Shown: positions 57,713-64,000 of the stretch, piece after piece
How positions within the stretch are numbered: position 1 is the stretch's first letter
Layout: each line of letters starts with the position of its first letter
From: a bacterium
GTDB taxonomy: Bacteria > Electryoneota > Electryoneia > Electryoneales > Electryoneaceae
Assembly: GCA_020444265.1 (NCBI GenBank)
Contig: JAHLLH010000011.1
Span: 26,290-90,289 of the forward strand
Length of the DNA: 64,000 bases
Direction: 5' to 3'
The notes under the pieces: model-generated
Databases searched by the model: none
What the model was told of the DNA's origin: nothing
What the model saw: only the letters and a program-made list of their open reading frames with translations
Position numbers and translations under genes: made by a program

Positions 57713-60700
57713 ATGAGATCAAACGATCCACGGGAATTGCTGTCCAATAGATGTGAGCCAATTGAGCCTATCGCTCCCAAACGGAGGGCGACAACAATGT
57801 ATTCCAGAAATGTCATTCGACCAATGGCACGTCTGCTGACTGTCGTATGCCTCAGCATGCTGCTGACCGCCGCCGGACCTGGGGTAGGTCTGTTGGTTGG
57901 GCAACCTGTTGTTTCGGGTGCAGCGACCGCGGCCCATCAGGATTCCGACAAGGCAAAGCCACGGCCCAAACCAGACCCGGACACCCCAAAGACGAAGAAG
58001 AGTTCAACAAGCAGCTCGAAAAGCAAGTCAAACAATTCCTCCTCGTCCCGCTCAACAAAGAGCACCGCCAAACCGGTCAGTAAACCGAAAAACAAGCCCA
58101 TCAGTAAGCCGGTGAGCAAGCCGAAAAGCCATTCTGTGGCACGGTCAAGTTCGACCTCCAAAACCACTCCGAAGTCAACCACGTCGACGAACACACGTAA
58201 CCGCCGGGTGACTCGGGACCCTGTTGAGAAACGATCCACCACCCCCTCAACCGCACGACCCAGGCCTGAGCGAGTTGAAGAGGAGACGACTCCCTCGGTG
58301 AGGGAACGTCAACCCGATCCGCCACCTCGTGAGCCAAGGCAGCCTCGCGACCCCATCGTTGAAGACCCCGACAGCGATTATCAGCCCCCGTCCGACCGGG
58401 AGAACGACGTTCCGGACATTTACTTCCGAACCGGGTATGATGAGGATCGTAGACGCCCACTGGGCGATGTCTACGATTATTACGAGTACGACTGCACGCT
58501 GGTTGTCAGCTCTGACCCACCCGGTGCGGATGTCTTCCTCGACAATCTCTACCTTGGACAGACCCCGCTTACTCGCACCGGCATGCAAGCGGGAGCCGCG
58601 ATGCTACGTCTCGAGCTGGAAGGCTACCGTACCATCGAACGCTACATCTCGCTTCGTCGCAAACAGACCAACCGAGTATCGTTCACTCTCGAGCCGTTGC
58701 CCGGTACCTTCGCCTCACTCGATGTCAACAGTGATCCTCAAGGTGCGACGTTGCTCGTCAACGGTGAGGTCCGTGGCACCACCCCCTACGCGGAGTTGTT
58801 GGTCCCACCTGGCTTGGTCCACCTCGAACTGCGGAAAAAGGGCCACTTGACGGTGGAGCGTGATATTGAAGTCGAGGAAGGCCAGCACAAGGCGGTGGAA
58901 GTCTATCTGCCCTTGGCGAATGTCCCCACGTCACCCGCGACCATTCATGTGACCAGTGACCCCCCGGATGCCGAGATTTACCTTAACGGCACCCGTTTAG
59001 GGCGTACTCCACTCACTCATGAGGGGATTCAGCCGGGGAAAGCAGTGATCTTCGCGCGCAAGGAGGGGTATGCCAATGCACGTCAGTCGCTCCCCCTCGG
59101 CTCGGGCGAGGATCGTGACATCAGCTTCACACTGAATCCTCTTGTCGGGAATCTGCACGTCCAGACCGATCCGATTGGAGCGGTGGTCTATGTGGATGGT
59201 GTCAAGCTCGGGCAGGCAGGAAATGGCGGAGTGACCAGGAACGATATCGCCATCGGTGCTCATATCGTAAGGGCTGTGAAGCATGGCTACCTCGATGCTG
59301 AGGAGCTGGTGATGGTCTCCGCAGGTGAAACCAGCCGAGTTTCCCTGACACTTCCCTCGACTGATGACATTCCTTATGACCCTGCGGATTACGGACAGCT
59401 CTCTGTCGAGACGTTCCCGAGCGGAGTGGAAATCTTCCTCAATTACGCGCCTACAGGAAAGCTATCCCCCGCCCTCTTTACTGGCCTTACGCCTGGACGT
59501 TACCTGGTCAGTGTATCCCTCGATGGGTACGGATGGGATGAACAATATGTCATGGTGCGCGCGAATACCCGCGCCAGGGTCAACCTTACCCTCGACATGC
59601 GGCCTTACACTGCTACCAGATGGCAGCATCCGCGTCATACCCCTCTAAACCCGGTCGGACCGTACGGTGGGTACGGAGTCTATGGCGCGTACGATCCTTC
59701 CTATCCACGTGGGCGAGTCGGTTCAAACGATCCCTGGAATGAAGTGGATCGTTACCTGGTTGACTGGGACCACTCCTATGACGAAGGCGGTGCTGAAGAG
59801 ATCGCCGATGTTCTCGTGCTCAAAGATGGATCGCTCCTGATGGCTGGATATCGGGATGAGGCAGGGGCACGTGACGGCTTGCTGATGAAAGTGGATCCCT
59901 TTGGTGAAAAGGAATGGAGCCTAACCTACGATGCCCGTGGCTTCGATGCCTTCACCTCCATTGCCGCCACAGAAGACTTCGGCTTCATTGTTGCCGGGGT
60001 GACCAGTCCTGACTCGGCCAACGAGGCGGACGGCTGGCTGCTTTTGTGCGACAACGATGGGACAGAAATCTGGTCAAGGACCTATGGCGGCAGTCGCTGG
60101 GATGGTGCCAGCGCGGTCATCCAGGCCGAGGACAAGGGATTCTATTTCGCAGGGGAAACCTGGTCGGAAGGTCTGGGCTTCAGCGATGGCTGGCTGGTGA
60201 AAACCGCCCCGGATGGCTTTGTGCAATGGTCACGTCGCTACGGCGGTCGGGGCGAGGACCGTTTCACCGACATCGCACTCGATTCCAAAGGGGACATCTA
60301 CCTGGTCGGCAGCAGACGTGATCCGCTCACCGAACGATCTGATGGCTGGCTCGTCCGAGCTGCGCCAACTGGGCGAGAACGTTCCTCAAGAACCTTCGGG
60401 GGGAATTTTGACGATGGCTTCAGCAGCCTCGCGTTGACCCAGGATGGCGGGCTGGTGATGGCAGGCTACACCGATTCAGAAGGAATGCTCGAGCGCAATG
60501 CCTGGATGGTTCGTCTCAACGGAAAGGGAATTGAATCCTGGAGCCGAACTTTCGGAGGTTACGATGCCGGGATCGCACGGGATATCAAGGTGCAGCGCTA
60601 TGGCTACATCCTTTGCGGCACCACCAAGCCGATGGACGAGACCTTTGACCCGAAGGAGCATGCCTGGGTGATCCGTACCGATTTCCGTGGCGAAGCCACC

Positions 60701-60925
60701 TGGTACCGTGACTTCAGCGACACCGGTGCCACATCGCTCCATGCAATTGGTGTTCTGAACCGAGGCGAATTTGCCATCGTCGGCGACTTGCAGCGGGTCA
60801 ACCAACCGTCCGATGCCTGGGCGATGATGCTCACCCCGGAAGAACCACCACCGAGTGAGGATGATGTCCTGGTCACTCCGACCGGGCTGATGCTTAGGCT
60901 CGTGGATTACTTGATTTTCAGATAG
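57713..60925 (+). CDS. Giant secreted/surface protein: signal peptide, ~230-aa basic Ser/Lys/Pro-rich low-complexity linker, five PEGA domains, and a C-terminal SBBP-type beta-propeller. The real start is probably an internal Met (MARLLTVVCLSML).
   Basis: PEGA units (SDPPGADVFLDNLYLGQTP..., SDPQGATLLVNGEVRGTTP..., SDPPDAEIYLNGTRLGRTP..., TDPIGAVVYVDGVKLG..., TFPSGVEIFLNYAPTG...). C-terminal repeated W-x-RTYGG-x-x-D-x-G units (SBBP-like). Confidence 0.7.
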   Translation: MRSNDPRELLSNRCEPIEPIAPKRRATTMYSRNVIRPMARLLTVVCLSMLLTAAGPGVGLLVGQPVVSGAATAAHQDSDKAKPRPKPDPDTPKTKKSSTSSSKSKSNNSSSSRSTKSTAKPVSKPKNKPISKPVSKPKSHSVARSSSTSKTTPKSTTSTNTRNRRVTRDPVEKRSTTPSTARPRPERVEEETTPSVRERQPDPPPREPRQPRDPIVEDPDSDYQPPSDRENDVPDIYFRTGYDEDRRRPLGDVYDYYEYDCTLVVSSDPPGADVFLDNLYLGQTPLTRTGMQAGAAMLRLELEGYRTIERYISLRRKQTNRVSFTLEPLPGTFASLDVNSDPQGATLLVNGEVRGTTPYAELLVPPGLVHLELRKKGHLTVERDIEVEEGQHKAVEVYLPLANVPTSPATIHVTSDPPDAEIYLNGTRLGRTPLTHEGIQPGKAVIFARKEGYANARQSLPLGSGEDRDISFTLNPLVGNLHVQTDPIGAVVYVDGVKLGQAGNGGVTRNDIAIGAHIVRAVKHGYLDAEELVMVSAGETSRVSLTLPSTDDIPYDPADYGQLSVETFPSGVEIFLNYAPTGKLSPALFTGLTPGRYLVSVSLDGYGWDEQYVMVRANTRARVNLTLDMRPYTATRWQHPRHTPLNPVGPYGGYGVYGAYDPSYPRGRVGSNDPWNEVDRYLVDWDHSYDEGGAEEIADVLVLKDGSLLMAGYRDEAGARDGLLMKVDPFGEKEWSLTYDARGFDAFTSIAATEDFGFIVAGVTSPDSANEADGWLLLCDNDGTEIWSRTYGGSRWDGASAVIQAEDKGFYFAGETWSEGLGFSDGWLVKTAPDGFVQWSRRYGGRGEDRFTDIALDSKGDIYLVGSRRDPLTERSDGWLVRAAPTGRERSSRTFGGNFDDGFSSLALTQDGGLVMAGYTDSEGMLERNAWMVRLNGKGIESWSRTFGGYDAGIARDIKVQRYGYILCGTTKPMDETFDPKEHAWVIRTDFRGEATWYRDFSDTGATSLHAIGVLNRGEFAIVGDLQRVNQPSDAWAMMLTPEEPPPSEDDVLVTPTGLMLRLVDYLIFR

Positions 60926-61025
60926 GAACGGTTGCCGAGTACGTAGCAATCTGTAAACCCTGGTCTTGGATGCCGGGGTTTTTGTTGAGTGGGGGTGTCG
61001 ATAATCGCTGCTGGCTATCCAGGGC

Positions 61026-61070
61026 GTGCTGATATGTAAACGTGGGTGACGGGGCACCCACGCCACGTGG
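61026..61070. repeat. Copy B of the conserved hairpin element (GTGCTGATATGTAAAC-GTGGGTG-ACGGGG-CACCCACG-CCACGTGG)
   Basis: See copy A at 6057-6099. The stems carry compensatory substitutions. Confidence 0.5.
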
Positions 61071-61099
61071 GGCGATCCGTCAGGAAGGTGCCCCCTGTT

Positions 61100-61168
61100 C
61101 CGTCAGACGCCCACGTCTGACGGATTATGCTGTTCTGTCAGGTCCGTAGCGAAGCGGAGACCTGACAG
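61100..61168. repeat. Intergenic double-hairpin element E3 (CCGTCAGACG-CCCA-CGTCTGACGG and CTGTCAGGTC-N14-GACCTGACAG)
   Basis: It shares the GTCAGGTC...GACCTGAC core with E1/E2 and CTGTTCCGTCAG (= reverse complement of CTGACGGAACAG) with E2. Confidence 0.45.
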
Positions 61169-61381
61169 ATGAATCGCGCCGGAAGGCGCAAATGGTGTGC
61201 GATGCACACGAATCTTTTGGCACATACTTTCGCGCAGAGAATGACAGCTGCAGGAGCAAGAAAACTCCCCTTCCCGGCTGGGTCCGGCGCTGTGGTGCGG
61301 TAAAAGCGTTCCATCCCGGCTGAGGGAGTTGAAACGTTGAACCGTGCACAGGGAGCCTCGCCGGACCCAGCCCGAAAGGGG

Positions 61382-63820
61382 TTATTCCACCTTCAAAATA
61401 TCCGCGGGATTGGTTTGGGAAGCACGCCAGGCCATCACTCCCGCCACGACGAACGAAATCACAAACGTTCCCGCTCCCGCCACCAGGAAAGCACTCGGAG
61501 CAATCGGGGCATTAAACGCATAATTGCTGTTCCACTCGCGAATCACCAGCCAGGCAACCGGCCAGGCAACCACATTCGCCAGCAGGACGAGCCGAAGCAT
61601 CGGGCGAGTCAACTGTACCACAATTCCCCGTCCCGATGCACCCAGCACCTTACGGATACCGATCTCACGCGTCCGTCTCGCTACCTCAAGACCGATCATC
61701 CCCAGCAACCCAAGCAGCGCAATAACAATCGCAAGCGAGGAGGATGCGGTGACAATCGAGATCCAGCGACGGTCATTCACATATCGTTCCTGGATCGTCT
61801 CATCGAGGAAGCTGAACTCAAAGGGCTGCTCGGGCAACACCTCCTCCCAGGTCGTCTGGATCTGGTTGATCGCTTCCTGCAAGTCACCGGGTGCGATCTG
61901 GAAGAGAACCTGCTGGATGGTGAACCACTGGTTCAACTGGATGTCGAGGCCGGTGCTGCGTGCGAGGACGGTTTGCGGACGTATAATCAGCACAAGTGGA
62001 CGGATCGCATCGTGCATCGTGCTGAAGTGGAAATCCTCCACCACCCCGATCACCTGGTGTTCTGGCCATCCTTCACCGGGAAGCTGCTCCCCAACCGGGT
62101 TATCCCACCCCATGTATTCGGCCATCGCCCGATTGATCACCATCCCCGTCGAATCGGACGTCCCTTCACGGAAGAGATGGCCCTCAATCGGCTTCAGGTC
62201 AAGCATCCGTGCCCACTGGGCATCGGCCACATTTACATAAACATCCTGATATTCACGGCTGTCGTCCAGCCAGTTCATCACCATCCACGGCGCTTCGAAA
62301 TTGCACGCCGATCCGGCCACTCGTGTGATACGTGGGTTGTCCGCCAATGCGGCACGCATCTTCTGTGTCGCCTCGGCTCCCCTGTTGCCGAGATCGGGCA
62401 CTTCAACCGAGATGATGCGATCATAGTTGTAGCCAAGGTCGGAATTGAGCACGTATCGCAGTTGGTTACCCATAAGCAGTGTGGCGGCAACCAGGGTGAT
62501 CGAGAGGGCATATTGGATGAAGACAAGGGATTGCCGTAAACGGTTTCTCCCACCGAGGTTCACCTCCCCACGCAGGGCGGCGTTGGGCGTAAATTTCGAG
62601 ATGACCAACGCCGGGTAAAAACCTGCCGCGAAAACAATCAACGCCCAGAGGCCGATCATCCCGGCGATGGAGATCCCATCAAATCCCACTTTCACCGTTC
62701 GCTGTGTAAAGTCGTTGAACAGGGGTGTAGCCAATTCCGCCCCAATCACACCCAGCAACAGGGCAACGGCTGTCAGCAGGCCAGTTTCCACCCAGAATTG
62801 CGCCATCAGGCTGCGTCGCCCGGAGCCCAATACCTTCCGGACTCCCACCTCTCGGGCTCGTGTGGTCGATTGCCCGATCATCAGGGTGGTGAAATTGATA
62901 CAGGCTATGAAGAGGATGGTCAACCCGATTGCCAGCAGGGTGACCATCCCATCCGTCGATTCTTCTGTTGGCAAACCTCGAGGATTATCGAACGCCATGT
63001 GGATATCGTTCAGCGGCTGCAGCAGGTAGGATCGTGCCCCGGCCATGTCGCTCTGATCCTCGCCGACGGCAACAAGGATATCGTGAATCCGTTCCTCGAT
63101 CACCGCTGGATCAACACCTGGCTCAAGCTTGATGTAGCTCTGCCCGAATGCCATCCGCCAGTGGTCCCCGAAGCGACTTCGGAAGGTGAGGTAGGGGACT
63201 TCGTAAGGCAGCAACAGATCATACGTCAGGCTGCTGTTGGACGGCGGATCTGCGACAACGCCGGATACCGTATAAGTGCGTTCTTCGGTAACAAGTTCGA
63301 CCTGCAGTTCCTGCCCAATTGGATCGATGTCGCCGAACAGCTGCTGCGCGTAAGAATGGGTCAACACCGCTCCGTGCATATCGGCGAGAGCAGTGGCCGG
63401 ATCACCCTTCAGTAGAGGTTGGCCGAAGAAGGAGAAGACGGTGGTATCTGCAAAGAAGGCGGTAGGTTGAAATTCGGCCACCTCACCTTCCCTCTCCAGA
63501 CGCAGGATCACTTCCGTATCCATTGTCCGAATCATCGACTCGATACCTGGTACCGCCCCATCAACCGATGGACGCAACAGGGAGGTGACAATCGTACGAA
63601 GCGTCGGTTCCCCGGATTCAGGGACCAGTTTCTCGATTACACGGTAGCTGCGGTCGATGTCAGCGAGGTGATGATTCCAGGTGACTTCGCGCTGGAGGTA
63701 GAGATAGATCAGCAGGCAAACCGTGATCCCGGTTGCGAGACCGATCACATTGATCAGGGTATGCCCTTTATGGCGAGCCAGGTTGCGTAACCCGACCCGC
63801 AGATAGTTGCTCCACATCAT
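61382..63820 (-). CDS. ABC transporter permease with two FtsX domains (MacB-like, ~810 aa). The likely start is MMWSNYLRVGLRNL.
   Basis: N-terminal LRNLARHKGHTLINVIGLATGI (MacB_PCD/FtsX N-terminal TM), an internal second copy (LTIGQSTTRAREVGVRKVLG), and a C-terminal FtsX four-helix region (REIGIRKVLGASGRGIV). Confidence 0.85.
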   Translation of the reverse strand: MMWSNYLRVGLRNLARHKGHTLINVIGLATGITVCLLIYLYLQREVTWNHHLADIDRSYRVIEKLVPESGEPTLRTIVTSLLRPSVDGAVPGIESMIRTMDTEVILRLEREGEVAEFQPTAFFADTTVFSFFGQPLLKGDPATALADMHGAVLTHSYAQQLFGDIDPIGQELQVELVTEERTYTVSGVVADPPSNSSLTYDLLLPYEVPYLTFRSRFGDHWRMAFGQSYIKLEPGVDPAVIEERIHDILVAVGEDQSDMAGARSYLLQPLNDIHMAFDNPRGLPTEESTDGMVTLLAIGLTILFIACINFTTLMIGQSTTRAREVGVRKVLGSGRRSLMAQFWVETGLLTAVALLLGVIGAELATPLFNDFTQRTVKVGFDGISIAGMIGLWALIVFAAGFYPALVISKFTPNAALRGEVNLGGRNRLRQSLVFIQYALSITLVAATLLMGNQLRYVLNSDLGYNYDRIISVEVPDLGNRGAEATQKMRAALADNPRITRVAGSACNFEAPWMVMNWLDDSREYQDVYVNVADAQWARMLDLKPIEGHLFREGTSDSTGMVINRAMAEYMGWDNPVGEQLPGEGWPEHQVIGVVEDFHFSTMHDAIRPLVLIIRPQTVLARSTGLDIQLNQWFTIQQVLFQIAPGDLQEAINQIQTTWEEVLPEQPFEFSFLDETIQERYVNDRRWISIVTASSSLAIVIALLGLLGMIGLEVARRTREIGIRKVLGASGRGIVVQLTRPMLRLVLLANVVAWPVAWLVIREWNSNYAFNAPIAPSAFLVAGAGTFVISFVVAGVMAWRASQTNPADILKVE

Positions 63821-64000
63821 GATGGGTCCTGCTCGGTCTTTCCGGCAGGTAGATTCTTTACAAACGATATGCCGAAATGGTAACCCTTGTTTTTCTAATG
63901 CTGGACTCGGATAGGAGAGCGGGGATTCGTCCGTATACGGACACTGGTTGTCCTCATTCGGACAGGGAATAAACACAAAAAGCCCCCTGGATACCCAGGG

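Noticed and set aside
1-64000. CRISPR arrays, rRNA genes, integrases/transposases, toxin-antitoxin or restriction-modification genes
   Set aside because: No regularly spaced direct repeats were seen, and there were no rRNA-like conserved stretches. No ORF had recombinase, transposase, nuclease-toxin or methyltransferase motifs. The only mobile-like signatures are the small MITE/REP-like repeats.

Overview
This window is a high-GC (~58-60%) bacterial chromosomal segment, probably from an FCB-group organism because it is dense in T9SS cargo proteins. I found no rRNA, tRNA or CRISPR. Gene order, left to right, is as follows. (1) The 3'-truncated tyrS gene on the minus strand sits next to an unusually long (~1 kb) non-coding region. 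(2) A large secreted FG-GAP repeat protein carrying a T9SS C-terminal sorting domain (CTD). (3) An operon of a deoxyhypusine-synthase-like protein, a small ORF and a GtrA-family protein, followed by cutA. (4) A protein built from three tandem Myb/SANT-like repeats. (5) A TetR regulator followed by an operon of a LolA-like protein, three FtsX permeases, an ABC ATPase and an outer-membrane beta-barrel protein. (6) An EEP-family nuclease/phosphatase with a T9SS CTD, flanked by two direct copies of a ~110-bp MITE-like palindromic element. (7) A tandem array of five paralogous ~680-715 aa BNR/Asp-box proteins with T9SS CTDs, each with its own conserved terminator. (8) A ~19 kb minus-strand type IV pilus supercluster, in order pilA, pilT, two minor pilins, two giant PilX_N-like paralogs, pilMNOPQ, a Wza-like SLBB protein, a Big-domain lipoprotein, and pilB, pilC and pilD. 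(9) An ECF sigma/anti-sigma pair, where the sigma factor appears to start at a CTG codon. (10) A beta-helix T9SS protein, a POT-family transporter, accD, a GNAT acetyltransferase, folP, a giant PEGA/SBBP surface protein, and a double-FtsX permease. Several small dispersed hairpin-repeat families lie in intergenic regions. Coordinates of small elements are approximate (+/- a few bases).
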